A DNA stretch of 64,000 nucleotides from an uncultured delta proteobacterium (GTDB taxonomy: Bacteria; Desulfobacterota; Desulfobacteria; Desulfobacterales; SpSt-501): positions 286,578 to 350,577 of the forward strand of contig CAWBSC010000024.1 of the NCBI GenBank assembly GCA_963791285.1. The letters are read 5' to 3'. Numbering within the stretch: position 1 is the stretch's first letter; each line of letters starts with the position of its first letter. The notes beneath the pieces are model-generated. The model worked only from the letters and a program-made list of their open reading frames with translations, searched no databases and was not told where the DNA came from. Positions 22,622 through 33,484 of the stretch are shown here, in pieces. The translations under genes and the position numbers were made by a program.

Positions 22622-23509
22622 ATGAGTGTCATGGTGGAACACAGCTCCGAACTCGTGCAACGGGCGGCTGCCGAAATCATTGCGGCGAAACCGGCCTATC
22701 GAGGCCTCATCGAGTTTTACGCCGCGATCTTTGGCGCGCAGGAAGACGCCCGCCCGCGGGTTCGCCTCCAACCGTTTCTCTTGTCTCCGGAGTTGGTCAG
22801 GATCAAGCGCAAAGACCAGTTCCCCCTGATTCAGGTCGAGGAGATTCGGTTCGACCTCGAGGCCAGCGAAGGTCTCTTCGGGACCCTGTGCCGGATTGCC
22901 ATTGATCGTCGCTCGCAGCTGTCCGGATCGGCGGAGATCTTGAGCCGGCACCCCACGGAGGCGGCCGCTCTCTTCCAAGGCTTCCTCGGCGGTGATGAAG
23001 CGCTGCTCAAACAGGCCGCGGCCGCCCTCGGCGTGGAAGCCGACGCCCTGAGCTTTTTTCTGTATCACAGCCTCAGGCCTTCCATCTGCCGCTGCGAGCA
23101 GGACCTCGCGGGTTTTCTGGTCGACGAACTGTCCTGGGAGAAAGGATACTGCCCCATCTGCGGCAGCCCGCCGGCCTTGGCGCGCCTGGAGGCGGACGGC
23201 CAGCGGTTTCTGTTCTGCAGCTTCTGCTGGCACCGCTGGCCCGCGCGCCGCACCGTTTGCCCCTTCTGCGGCAAAGGCGACCCCGGCCGGCTTTCCTACC
23301 TCTACAGCGACGAGGAGAAGGAATACCGCCTGGACGTTTGCGATGCATGCCGGAGATACATCAAAACCATCGACAGCCGGCACCTCGCGCGGACCTCGTA
23401 TCCCCCGCTCGAGCAGGTGGCCTCGCTGCACCTCGATCTCAAGGCCTCCGCATCCGGCTACGACCCCGCCCTGCCCGTCCGTGCGCCCGTGCCGTCCGGC
23501 CCCGCTTGA
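22622..23509 (+). CDS. fdhE: formate dehydrogenase accessory protein FdhE
   Basis: CPICGS, CSFC, CPFCG, CDAC...LHLD. Confidence 0.9.
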   Translation: MSVMVEHSSELVQRAAAEIIAAKPAYRGLIEFYAAIFGAQEDARPRVRLQPFLLSPELVRIKRKDQFPLIQVEEIRFDLEASEGLFGTLCRIAIDRRSQLSGSAEILSRHPTEAAALFQGFLGGDEALLKQAAAALGVEADALSFFLYHSLRPSICRCEQDLAGFLVDELSWEKGYCPICGSPPALARLEADGQRFLFCSFCWHRWPARRTVCPFCGKGDPGRLSYLYSDEEKEYRLDVCDACRRYIKTIDSRHLARTSYPPLEQVASLHLDLKASASGYDPALPVRAPVPSGPA

Positions 23510-23643
23510 TGCCGCGCCGCATCCTTTGTTTTGCAACAACCTTCCGGACGTTTCGCTTGACACCAAGCGGCCGAATAGACTATCGATATGCTTCATTTTT
23601 TCGGATATCGGCCACCACCTAATAACTGCGGAGAGAAGAACGA

Positions 23644-25434
23644 ATGAAGACGCCTTCGGGAAACCAGAAACTGAACCGGTGGGTTGAGGAATGCGCAGCC
23701 CTCTGTGAACCCGAGACGATCCACTGGTGCGACGGATCGGCCTCGGAATACGACCGCCTCATGGGCGAAATGGTCGCCAGCGGCATGGCGATTCCGATCA
23801 AGCAGCGGCCCAACAGCTTTCTATTCCGGTCCGACCCGAGCGACGTCGCACGCGTCGAGGACCGCACCTACATCAGCTACCCCACGCAGGCCGAGGCCGG
23901 CCCCACCAACAACTGGGTCGACCCGGGCGAGCTCAAGAAGACCATGACGCGGCCTTTACAAGGGCTGCATGCGCGGCCGCACCATGTACGTGATCCCCTT
24001 CTCCATGGGGCCCATCGGTTCGCCGATCGCCAAGATCGGCGTCGAGATCACGGACAGCCCTTACGTGGTCTGCAACATGCACATCATGACCCGCGTCGGC
24101 ACGAAGGTGCTCGAGACGCTCGGCCAGGACGGCGAGTTCATCCCCTGCCTGCACTCCATCGGCGCGCCGCTCGACCAAGGGGCAGAAGGACGCACTCTGG
24201 CCGTGCGCCCCGATCGAGCAGAAGTACATCAGCCACTTCCCGCAGGAAAACCTGATCTGGTCCTACGGGTCCGGGTACGGCGGCAACGCCCTGCTCGGCA
24301 AGAAGTGCCTCGCCCTGCGCATCGCTTCGGCGATCGCGCGGCGCGAGGGCTGGATGGCCGAGCACATGCTGATCCTGCGCCTGACCAGCCCGGAGGGGCG
24401 CCGCTTCCACATCGCCGCGGCCTTCCCGTCGGCCTGCGGCAAGACCAACCTGGCCATGGTCCAGCCGACCGTGCCGGGCTGGAAGGCCGAGTGCATCGGC
24501 GACGACATCTCCTGGATGAAGATCGGCCCGGACGGCCGCCTGTATGCCATCAACCCCGAAAGCGGGTTCTTCGGGGTCGCGCCCGGGACGTCCTACGACT
24601 CCAACCCGGCGGCCATGGACACCCTGAAGGAGAACGTGATCTTCACCAACTGCGCCCTCAAAGACGACGGCGACATCTGGTGGGAGGGCTTCGGCGGCCC
24701 GCCCCCGGCGCACGCGATCGACTGGAAGGGCAAGGATTGGACGCCCGCCGAGCAAGCGGGACGCGGCGCACCCGAACGCCCGGTTCACGGCTCCGGCGCG
24801 GCAGTGCCCCGTGATCAGCCCGGACTGGGAGAAGCGCGAAGGGGTGCCGATCGACATTTTCATCTTCGGCGGCCGGCGCGCCTCCGTGGTGCCGCTCGTG
24901 CACGAGGCCTTCGACTGGGACCACGGGGTCTTCATGGGGTCGACCGCGGCCTCCGAGACCACGGCGGCCAACATCGGCGCGGTCGGCAACCTGCGCCGCG
25001 ACCCCTTCGCCATGACGCCGTTCTGCGGCTACAACATGGGCGATTATTTCCAGCACTGGTTTGAGATGGGCGACAAACTGGGGGACAAGGCCCCGCGCAT
25101 CTTCTACGTCAACTGGTTCCGCAAGAGCCCCGAGGGCAAGTGGCTGTGGCCGGGCTACGGCGAGAACAGCCGTGTCCTCAAATGGATGTGCGACCGGGTG
25201 GACGGGAAGGCCGAGGGCCGCAAGACGCCGATCGGCATCCTGCCCAAGGACGGCGAGCTCGATCTGACCGGGCTTTCCGTCGCGGCCCAGGACCTGGCCG
25301 AGCTCATGAAGGTGGACCCGGCCGTGTGGAAGGCCGAGCTGACGGACATCGAGGCGCACTTCAAGAAGTTCGGCGACCGCCTGCCCAAGCGCCTGAACGC
25401 CCAGTTGGCGGAGCTCAAGAAGCGGTTGGGTTGA
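23644..25434 (+). CDS. pckG: GTP-dependent phosphoenolpyruvate carboxykinase (several apparent indel errors)
   Basis: [54 protein letters not shown]. Confidence 0.92.
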
Positions 25435-25480
25435 CGAGGCCAAAGGCCTCCGGGCGCCCTACTCCGTCTCGTCGATATGA

Positions 25481-25522
25481 AGAAAGCCCGCCGGCTCCGT
25501 TCAGGAGGCGGCGGGCTTTTCT
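25481..25522. terminator. bidirectional terminator between pckG and the CDF gene
   Basis: AAAGCCCGCCG...CGGCGGGCTTTT. Confidence 0.7.
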
Positions 25523-26445
25523 GTCAAACAGGATTCGCCTTCGCACCCATTGACCTCGACGGTTACGTGCTCGACCTCCGGATAGCCGGCAAGCAGGGCG
25601 CGGTAGTGCTCGGGCGGGCGGGGGGTGTGGGTGACGACCGACAGGATGACCGCGAGGCTGTTTCCCCCGACCCGCCAGACGTGGATGTCGGCGACGCGGT
25701 TGTCTGAGTCCGCTTCGATGCGCGCGGCCATCTCGGCGACCAGGCCGGGGTCGACGTCCCGGTCGAGCAGGACGCGTCCGGTGTCCCGCAGCAGCCCCCA
25801 GGACCAGCGCGTGATGATCGCCGCCCCGACCACCCCCATGAGCGGGTCCATCCACACCCAGCCGAAACCCTTTCCCGCCAGCAGCGCCACGATCGCCAGC
25901 ACCGAGGTCAGGGCGTCCGCCAGCACGTGCAGGTAGGCCGCCTTCAGGTTGTGGTCGTGGCGGTGGTGCCCCCGGTCGTGATCGTCCGATTCGTGGTCCC
26001 GCAGCAGCAGAGCGCTCACGACGTTGACGGCGAGCCCGGCCACTGCGACCGCAATCGCTTCGTTGAATTGGATCGGGCGCGGCGACAGCAGGCGCTCGGC
26101 CGACTCCACCGCCATGAGCAGGGCGACGATCGCCAGCACCACGGCGCTCGCAAAGCCACCGAGGTCCCCGACCTTCCCGGTGCCGAAGCTGAAGAGCGGG
26201 CTGTCCGCGTGTTGACGGGCGAAGCGGTAGGCCGCGGCCGCGACCCCGAGCGCGACCGCGTGGGTCCCCATGTGCCAGCCGTCCGCCAGCAGTGCCATGG
26301 ACCCGAAGATCATGCCGCCCGCGATCTCCACGATCATCATGGCGATCGTGAGCAGCATCACCCGGCGGGTTGAGCGTTCGTTGCGGTCGTCGGGCCGGTG
26401 AAAGCGGTGGTTGTGCCGCCAGCGCTCGAGCGTGTATATGTGCAT
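25501..26445 (-). CDS. dmeF: CDF family Co/Ni efflux transporter (DmeF-like)
   Basis: GSMALLADGWHMGTH, His-rich loop, HDHNLKAAYLHVLADALTS. Confidence 0.85.
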   Translation of the reverse strand: MHIYTLERWRHNHRFHRPDDRNERSTRRVMLLTIAMMIVEIAGGMIFGSMALLADGWHMGTHAVALGVAAAAYRFARQHADSPLFSFGTGKVGDLGGFASAVVLAIVALLMAVESAERLLSPRPIQFNEAIAVAVAGLAVNVVSALLLRDHESDDHDRGHHRHDHNLKAAYLHVLADALTSVLAIVALLAGKGFGWVWMDPLMGVVGAAIITRWSWGLLRDTGRVLLDRDVDPGLVAEMAARIEADSDNRVADIHVWRVGGNSLAVILSVVTHTPRPPEHYRALLAGYPEVEHVTVEVNGCEGESCLTEKPAAS

Positions 26446-26553
26446 GCCGGGGTTCCGATCGTTGAGGAGAACTCGCGTCCGCCGCGCGGGGCGCAAGCCA
26501 TTGCCCGATACTAAAGCGTCGAATCGTGCATGTAAACCGCAGAAGGAGGCAGA

Positions 26554-27072
26554 ATGGAAGGCATCGAGATTGCGGCCAAGCTGATGGAACTCTCTGCCGT
26601 GACCGCACCCAAGAGTAAGGGGGTGAGCTTCGTGCGCACCCAGATTCTGACGGGGGAGACCCTCCAGACGCTTGCCGACGCGATGGTCCGCTACGGCGAG
26701 CAGACCGGGAAGAAGGACTTCGACCGGGACGCCAAGGGGGTGGCCCGCTCCGGCGCCGTCGTCTTGATCGGCCTCAAGGGCGCCCGGGCGGTCGGGCTCG
26801 ACTGCGGCGCCTGCGGGTTCCCGGACTGCGCCAGCCTGGAGCGCGAGCCGAAGCGGCAGATGGAGTTCGAGGGCCCCGTGTGCGCTTTCCGCTTGCTGGA
26901 CATGGGCATCGCCCTCGGCTCGGCCGTCAAGACGGCGAGCATGCTCAACGTGGACAACCGCATCATGTACCGGATCGGGACCGTGGCTCGTCAGGCCGGG
27001 ATGGTGGATTGGGATTTCGTGATGGGGGTCCCCCTATCCGCAACCGGCAAGAACATCTTCTTCGACCGCTGA
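26554..27072 (+). CDS. DUF2148 ferredoxin-domain protein
   Basis: TAPKSKG, CGACGFPDC, DMGIALGSA, VDNRIMY, KNIFFDR. Confidence 0.8.
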   Translation: MEGIEIAAKLMELSAVTAPKSKGVSFVRTQILTGETLQTLADAMVRYGEQTGKKDFDRDAKGVARSGAVVLIGLKGARAVGLDCGACGFPDCASLEREPKRQMEFEGPVCAFRLLDMGIALGSAVKTASMLNVDNRIMYRIGTVARQAGMVDWDFVMGVPLSATGKNIFFDR

Positions 27073-27075
27073 GGT

Positions 27076-27099
27076 TGTTGAAGGGCAAGCCCTTCAACA
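27076..27099. terminator. hairpin between convergent genes
   Basis: TGTTGAAGGG-CAAG-CCCTTCAACA. Confidence 0.65.
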
Positions 27100-27111
27100 G
27101 TCTGGAAGGGG

Positions 27112-28212
27112 TCAGGAAGAGGAAGTTGCCGCGGGTGCAGTCGTCCCGCGCAGGCTGCGCTTGCGGTTTGGGATCGTGCGGCCCAGCAGGGCCCCGAAGT
27201 GGCCGATGACGGCGGTGTTGTTGTACCAGCAGCGGCAGGTGCGCGGCCGCCGGCGTTCCTGCTCGAAGGCCTCCGCGGCCCACACCGCTCCAAACGAGCT
27301 CCCGCGCACCGATCCAACGCACACGTGCTGCTCCAGGCAGGGGTAGACGTTCCCCCAGGGGTCGATGCGCGCCATCAGCACCCCCGCGTGGCAATCCGCC
27401 AGCGGGAACGCCTCGCCAGCCGCCATGCTGTCGGCCCAGCGGCGCATGTAGGGGTCTTTGTCCATGCGGGTGCCTTGGAGTTGGGCGCGCAGGTGCACGG
27501 CCGCCGTCGTGGACGAGGTCGTGTCCACGCCGGTGTAGTACGAGTCGCTGCAGTGGTGGACCGGCTGGAAGAGGACGTCGTCGGCCGTGTCGCGCCACTG
27601 GTCGTAGAAACGGCGGATCTGCCCGACGTTGCCATCCGAGACGGTCATGCGGACCCGCACGAGAGGCGACCCGTTCGACCGCGCATCCAGGAGTGCATGC
27701 ACGCCGCCGGTGATCTGCCGGTAGGACCCGTCCCGGCCGCGGATGGCGTCGTGGCTGTCGGCGTCGGCCCCGTCGATGCTGACCGTGACGCACGTGGCGC
27801 CGCTTGTCGCGATTTCACGCCGGAAGCGTTCGACCTGCATGCCGTTCGTGCAGAGGTTGACGGACATGCCCCGGTCCGCAAACCCCCGGATGATTTCGAA
27901 AACGTCCGGGCGCAAGAGCGGCTCGCCCCCGGCGATGCTGATCTGGTGGACGCCCATCTCCGCGAACTCGCGGGCGAGCTCCTTGTATTCGGCCAGCGTG
28001 AGCTCGTCGCGGCGCGGGTCGAGCCAGCGCTGGCACATCCGGCAGCGCAGGTTGCACTGGTAGGTGATGTCGAGCTCGGCCATGTAGGGTCCGGCCGGCA
28101 GCGGGCGCTCCTCCCCGGCCGCGATCAGGTTGCGGCGGGAATTCAAGACCGATTTAAAAAATCCGCCGGACAGCAGGATGCTTCGATAGGACCAGAAATT
28201 GTTGAACTGCAT
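27112..28212 (-). CDS. radical SAM protein with SPASM/Twitch domain
   Basis: CNLRCRMC, GGEP, TNG, SIDG; C-terminal CHAG...GNVYPC...CRC. Confidence 0.9.
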   Translation of the reverse strand: MQFNNFWSYRSILLSGGFFKSVLNSRRNLIAAGEERPLPAGPYMAELDITYQCNLRCRMCQRWLDPRRDELTLAEYKELAREFAEMGVHQISIAGGEPLLRPDVFEIIRGFADRGMSVNLCTNGMQVERFRREIATSGATCVTVSIDGADADSHDAIRGRDGSYRQITGGVHALLDARSNGSPLVRVRMTVSDGNVGQIRRFYDQWRDTADDVLFQPVHHCSDSYYTGVDTTSSTTAAVHLRAQLQGTRMDKDPYMRRWADSMAAGEAFPLADCHAGVLMARIDPWGNVYPCLEQHVCVGSVRGSSFGAVWAAEAFEQERRRPRTCRCWYNNTAVIGHFGALLGRTIPNRKRSLRGTTAPAATSSS

Positions 28213-28364
28213 GTCAAAACCCCGGCTGCGAAAGCCCGTGCACGGACCTGAAATGGACGCGAGCGGTCAGGCTCACGGTGAGCGCATAATAGGCACTTCT
28301 CCCGGAAAAACCAACCACCCGAGAATGCAGACGTAACCGTTCCCGCCCGCGGTGGGGCGCGGGT

Positions 28365-29078
28365 TCATGCGGCCGAGGCAAACGGTCGGCGCGTCAGGGC
28401 CGACCAGACCTGGCCCAGCATGGTCGTGAAATCGTACACCGGCAGGCCGACGGCTGCCTGGACCGCCGCGGCATAGGGCGGGAGGTTGGAGCACTCGAGC
28501 AGGATCGCCCGGATGCCGGTGTCGGCCGCGACCAGGGTCTCGGCGGCGCGGACCACCTCCGCCCGCACCGCCTCCGGGTCGATGCGGCCGCTGCCCTCCA
28601 GGATCGCGCTGCGGAAGTGGGGTGCCCCTTCGAGCCCGGCCAGGGCGACCCGGGCCGGGTCGCCGCCGGCCGCGCGCAGGTGGGCTTCGGTGAGGTTGCC
28701 GGCGTCGGCCGTCAGCACGCCGACCCGGCTACCGGGGCCGAGGCCGGCCTGGATGAAGGGCAGCTGCAGCAGGCTCGAGGTGAAGACCGGGACGGGCAGC
28801 TCGCGGGCGAGCGCGTCCTGGAACAGGACCATGAAGCCGCAGGTGGTCGTCAGCGCCCGGACCCCGGCCCGGACGAGCTCCCGGCCGCAGCTCACGAACG
28901 GCTGGACCAGAGCCGGATCGCGCTGCCGGATGAGCCGTTCGAGGGTCGCCCCAGGCACGGTGCGGTAGGCCACCGGGAACGGGAAGGTTTCCGGGTTGCC
29001 GACGTCCCCGGGAATTCGCCGGATGCGCGCGTCCATGACCAGGATGCCGATGACCGCTTCTTCGGTTGCGATGCCCAT
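28365..29078 (-). CDS. Asp/Glu/hydantoin racemase family protein
   Basis: PGDVGNPETF, TTCGF and LECSNLPPY two-Cys motifs. Confidence 0.8.
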   Translation of the reverse strand: MGIATEEAVIGILVMDARIRRIPGDVGNPETFPFPVAYRTVPGATLERLIRQRDPALVQPFVSCGRELVRAGVRALTTTCGFMVLFQDALARELPVPVFTSSLLQLPFIQAGLGPGSRVGVLTADAGNLTEAHLRAAGGDPARVALAGLEGAPHFRSAILEGSGRIDPEAVRAEVVRAAETLVAADTGIRAILLECSNLPPYAAAVQAAVGLPVYDFTTMLGQVWSALTRRPFASAA

Positions 29079-29272
29079 GCGCCGGACACTACCATCCCCC
29101 GCCGGCCGATGGCAACGCCCCCATGACCCTGCGGGGGACGGCCACCGGCGCGGGTTTCGTCGAGGCCCAAACGGCCGCATCTATCGCTTGACAGCGCGCG
29201 CACGCCGCTGCTATGGCCATTCGATATTTCCCCGAACCCATCCCAGGCATGGACATCAAGCGGAGGTGCAGC

Positions 29273-30259
29273 ATGAGAGCAGTCTCGAGATTTTTGGCCG
29301 TGGCGCTGGTTTCTCTGGTCTTTTTTGTCGCCGTGCCGGTTCAGGCGGGCGAGCAGATCACCCTCACCTGGACGGCCGGCGGGGCCGGTGGCGGGTGGTA
29401 CAGCATCGCCGGCGGCATCGCCACGATCATCAAGGAAGCCGACCCGGACATCGTGATCAAGGTCATCCCCGGCGGTGGGCTGCAGAACCCGGCCGTGGTC
29501 GCCAGCAAGGGCGCGGAGATCGGCTGGGGGCTGCCCTTCCTGAACGCGGCCGCTTACAAGGGCATGGAGCCTTTCGAGAAACCGCTCGAGGAGCTGCGCG
29601 CGCTGGCCGGCGGCATGAGCATGAACTATTTCCACTTCTACGTGGACGCCGAGTCCCCCTACACCACCATGGACGAGATCTTCGGACAGAAGAAAAAGAT
29701 GCGCATCGCCATCTCGCAGGCCGGCAGCTCGGACACCTGGGTTCTCGAGCGCGTGCTGGAATCCTACAAGACCACCCTCCCCGAGCTGGAGAAAGCGGGT
29801 TTCACCTTCCTGCGCGGCAACTACGCTTTCCAGGCCAACCAGTTCAAGGACCGGAACGCCGACTCGGTCTTCACCTTCCTCGCGCTGCCCGGTGCGGCGG
29901 TCACGGAGGCCTCGGTCGGCCGCAAGCTCAAGCTGATCGACTTCTCGGAGAACTCGCTCAAGTACCTGGACCAGTTCGGCATCACCAAGGGTCTGATCCC
30001 GGTCGGTACCTATGACAAGGCGGCCAACACCAAGGACGTGGTCACCGCGGCCTCGGGCAGCGTCATCACCGTGAGCAAGGACATGAGCGAGGCGCTCGCC
30101 TACCGGCTGACCAAAGCCTTCAACGACAGCTTCGAGAAGGTGCGCAAGGTCCACTCCAGCATGGAGACGTACGAGATCAAGGACGGGCCGACCGGCTGCG
30201 GCGTCCCGCTGCATCCGGGCGCCGTCAAGTATTACAAGGAAAAAGGCCTGCTGAAATGA
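29273..30259 (+). CDS. TAXI-family TRAP transporter solute-binding protein
   Basis: signal peptide, GGAGGGWY, PLHPGAVKYYKE. Confidence 0.9.
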   Translation: MRAVSRFLAVALVSLVFFVAVPVQAGEQITLTWTAGGAGGGWYSIAGGIATIIKEADPDIVIKVIPGGGLQNPAVVASKGAEIGWGLPFLNAAAYKGMEPFEKPLEELRALAGGMSMNYFHFYVDAESPYTTMDEIFGQKKKMRIAISQAGSSDTWVLERVLESYKTTLPELEKAGFTFLRGNYAFQANQFKDRNADSVFTFLALPGAAVTEASVGRKLKLIDFSENSLKYLDQFGITKGLIPVGTYDKAANTKDVVTAASGSVITVSKDMSEALAYRLTKAFNDSFEKVRKVHSSMETYEIKDGPTGCGVPLHPGAVKYYKEKGLLK

Positions 30260-30278
30260 AACGCCTGCGGCGTTTCAT
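30256..30278 (+). other. hairpin immediately after the TAXI gene
   Basis: ATGAAACGCC-TGC-GGCGTTTCAT. Confidence 0.6.
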
Positions 30279-30426
30279 CTGAGGGTGTCCATCAGAGCAA
30301 ACAAGCCTATCATCTGCAGTTGAACGGCAAGGGGCGCTTATTACTCCGGCGGGCAATCGCGATCCCGCCCTCCTGAAACGTCGCCAAGCTGAGTTCGCCA
30401 TATTCTGTTGCCGGAGAAATAAGCGC

Positions 30427-32313
30427 ATGCGGGAGCTGACCCTTCCCTGGAAGTTGCCGATCTTCGTGGTGGCGGTAATCGCCGGCTTGTTTCATTTCTA
30501 CTGCTCGGGGTTCGGCTCCCCGGAGCCGCGCACCTTCCGCGGGCTGCACCTCTCCATGCTCCTGCCCTTCGTCTTTCTGCTCTACCCGGCCTGGAAGAAT
30601 TCCCCGCGCCACCGGCCGAGCGTGGTCGACCTCCTGGCGGCGGCCATCTGCCTGGCCGGATCGCTCTACACCGTGTTCTACGCCGACCGGCTGAACCAGC
30701 GTTTTGTCGGGTTCCACGCCGTGCGGCCGGAGGAGGTGGTGCTGGGCGGTCTGCTGGCGCTGGCCGTCATCGAGGCCTGCCGGCGCTCGATATCCAAGTG
30801 GTTTGCCGTCACTGTGGCCGTGGTCCTGGTCTATCTGATGACCTGCCAGTACTGGCCGGGCCTGTTCCACTACAAAGCGTTCACCCTTGACCGCGCGGTG
30901 GAGATCCTCTACCTGCCGAACGACGAGGGCATTTTCGGATTCCTCATGGGGATATCCGCCGACATCCTGTACATCTACATCCTCTTCGCGGCCGTGCTCC
31001 TCCGGACCGGCGCGGGCGACTATCTGATCGACTTCGCCGGCTGGGCGGCCGGGTGGTCGCGCGGCGGGGCGGCCAAGATCGCGGTCATCTCGTCGGCGCT
31101 GTACGGCACGGTCTCCGGGTCCACGGTCGCGAACGTGTACGCGACCGGTTCGTTCACGATCCCACTCATGAAGCGCAGCGGCTATTCCGCAAAACAGGCT
31201 GCGGCGATCGAAACCGTGGCCGGCATCGGCGGCCAGATCATGCCGCCGATCATGGGGGCCGGCTCCTTCATCATGGCCGAGATCACCGGGGTGCCCTACG
31301 TCACCATCATCAAGGTGGCCGTGATCCCGGCCATCCTCTACTACCTCGGCGTCTTCTGCATGGTGCACTTCATCGCCCTGCAGCGCGGGATCCAGCCGAT
31401 CGACCGGGCCGACCGGCCCACCGTGCGCCGCCTGGTGCGGCACGCCTACTTCTTCCTGCCGTTTCTGACGGTCGTGGGGTTCCTGGCCTACGGCTATTCG
31501 CCCGGCAAGGCCGCCTTTCACACCATCTGGGTGACGCTCCTGCTGAGCTTCCTGGACCGCAAGACCTGGCTGACGCCCCGCAAGCTGCTGGACATCTTCT
31601 TCGGGTCGCTGGTGAACTGCGCCCTGATCGCCGCGGTGCTCGCGGGGTCCGGCATGGTCGTCGGCGTGCTGACCCGCACGGGGGTGGCGCTGTCCTTCGG
31701 GTCCATCCTGGTGTCCTTCTCGCTGAACTCGCTCCTGCTGGTGCTGATCCTGGTCTTCCTGGTGGTGAGCGTCCTCGGGACCGGGATCCCGACGACCGCC
31801 TCCTACATCATCGCGGTGACCGTGGGCGCCTATGCGCTCAGCAAGTTCAACGTGCCGCCGCTCGCGGCGCACTTCTTCGTGTTCTATTACGCCGTGCTGG
31901 CCGATATGACCCCGCCGGATGCCGTGACCGCCTTCGCGGCGGCCAACATCGCCGGAGCGGAGCCGATGGCCACCGGGGTCGAAGGTTTCCGCCTGGGCAT
32001 CGCGGGTTTCCTGGTGCCTTTCGCCTTCGTGTTCCAGCCGGCGCTCTTGCTGCACGGCACGCCGGCGCAGATCGCCCTCACTCTGGCCGTGACGGTCTTC
32101 GGGATCGTCTGCCTTTCGGCGGGCGTGATCGGCTACCTGTTTGCGTCGCTCCGGCCGCTGCAGCGCGTGCTCCTCGTCGGCGCCGCCTGTTTCCTGGTGT
32201 TCTCCGAGGAGATCTACCTGATCATCGGGCTTTCGGCCGGGCTCGGCGCTTTCGCATGGTCCTACCTGGAACGTCGCTCCGCCGGCTGTGAAACCGCCCG
32301 GCAGGCCACCTGA
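30427..32313 (+). CDS. TRAP transporter 4TM/12TM fused permease
   Basis: GGAAKIAV, SGSTVAN, GGQIMPPIMGAG, GIPTTASY, TPP. Confidence 0.92.
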   Translation: MRELTLPWKLPIFVVAVIAGLFHFYCSGFGSPEPRTFRGLHLSMLLPFVFLLYPAWKNSPRHRPSVVDLLAAAICLAGSLYTVFYADRLNQRFVGFHAVRPEEVVLGGLLALAVIEACRRSISKWFAVTVAVVLVYLMTCQYWPGLFHYKAFTLDRAVEILYLPNDEGIFGFLMGISADILYIYILFAAVLLRTGAGDYLIDFAGWAAGWSRGGAAKIAVISSALYGTVSGSTVANVYATGSFTIPLMKRSGYSAKQAAAIETVAGIGGQIMPPIMGAGSFIMAEITGVPYVTIIKVAVIPAILYYLGVFCMVHFIALQRGIQPIDRADRPTVRRLVRHAYFFLPFLTVVGFLAYGYSPGKAAFHTIWVTLLLSFLDRKTWLTPRKLLDIFFGSLVNCALIAAVLAGSGMVVGVLTRTGVALSFGSILVSFSLNSLLLVLILVFLVVSVLGTGIPTTASYIIAVTVGAYALSKFNVPPLAAHFFVFYYAVLADMTPPDAVTAFAAANIAGAEPMATGVEGFRLGIAGFLVPFAFVFQPALLLHGTPAQIALTLAVTVFGIVCLSAGVIGYLFASLRPLQRVLLVGAACFLVFSEEIYLIIGLSAGLGAFAWSYLERRSAGCETARQAT

Positions 32314-32326
32314 GGCCCGTTCCCCC

Positions 32327-33484
32327 ATGCCGTCCAGAGCTGCAGACGCGGTCGTGATCGGCGCCGGCGTGATCGGCGCCTCGATCGCCTACCACCTGAC
32401 CTGTCTCGGGATCCGGCCGCTCGTGGTCGAGGAGCACGACCCGGCCGCGGGCAGCTCCGGCGCCTGCGACGGGCTGGTGTTCCTGCAGTCCAAGAAGCCC
32501 GGCCTGCACCTGAAGCTTGCCCTCGAGAGCCGGGCCCGCTTCGATGCCCTGCGGGAGATTCTCGGTGCGGGGATCGAGTTCCGCCCCACGGGCGGGATGT
32601 GCCTGGTGGAGACCGAGGCCGAACTCGCGGCCGTGCGGCGCTTCGTGGTCGAGCAGCGGGCGACCGGTCTCGACGTGGAGCTGCTCGATGGCGACGAGGC
32701 GCGCCGGCGGGAGCCCGAGCTCTCCGAGCGGGTGATCGCGGCCACCTATTCCCCGGCCGATGCCCAGGTGAACCCCTACGGGCTCACGTTCGCCTTCCTG
32801 CGCGCGGCCCGGGCGGGCGGGGCGCAGGTGCTGACCGGCCGGCCTGCCGTCGGCATCCGGGTCGACCGCGGCCGGGTCGAGGCCGTGCAGCTCGCGGACG
32901 GGGCGATTTCCACGCCGGTCGTCATCAACGCGGCCGGTGCGCGCGCCCCCGAGGTCGGCCGCTGGGTGGGGCTCGAGATCCCGATCAGCCCGCGGCGCGG
33001 CCAGATCCTGGTCACGGCGGCGGTCCCGCCCCTGATCCGGCACTGCCTCATTTCCGCCCAGTACGTCGCGGCCAAGTTCGATCCCGAGATCGCCCGGCGG
33101 GGCATGGGGTTCTCCGTGGAGCAGACCGACAACGGCAACCTCCTGATCGGCTCGACCCGGGAGTTCGTGGGGTTCGACCGGCGCACCACGCTCGACGGCC
33201 TGCGCACGATCGCCGCGCGCATCGCCCCGGTCATCCCGGCCTTGAAACGGGTGCCGGTGATCCGGGCTTTCGGCGGGCTGAGGCCCTACACGCCGGACGG
33301 GCTGCCGATTCTCGGGCCCGTGGCCGGAGTGGAGGGGTTCCTCATGGCCGCCGGCCACGAGGGCGACGGGATCGCGCTCTCCGCGATCACGGGGGCGCTT
33401 GTCGCCGACTGGGTCGCCACCGGGCGGACGCAGTTCGCGCTGGACGCGTTTCGCCTCGAGCGGTTTCAGGCAGGTGCGGCATGA
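32327..33484 (+). CDS. FAD-dependent D-amino-acid-oxidase-family subunit (HcnC/SoxB/OoxB-like)
   Basis: IGAGVIG, RGQ, GLRPYTPDGLP, GHEGDG. Confidence 0.88.
   Translation: MPSRAADAVVIGAGVIGASIAYHLTCLGIRPLVVEEHDPAAGSSGACDGLVFLQSKKPGLHLKLALESRARFDALREILGAGIEFRPTGGMCLVETEAELAAVRRFVVEQRATGLDVELLDGDEARRREPELSERVIAATYSPADAQVNPYGLTFAFLRAARAGGAQVLTGRPAVGIRVDRGRVEAVQLADGAISTPVVINAAGARAPEVGRWVGLEIPISPRRGQILVTAAVPPLIRHCLISAQYVAAKFDPEIARRGMGFSVEQTDNGNLLIGSTREFVGFDRRTTLDGLRTIAARIAPVIPALKRVPVIRAFGGLRPYTPDGLPILGPVAGVEGFLMAAGHEGDGIALSAITGALVADWVATGRTQFALDAFRLERFQAGAA

Noticed and set aside
27112-28365. Radical SAM/SPASM gene as part of a RiPP system
   Set aside because: No credible precursor peptide, RRE domain or dedicated exporter adjacent.
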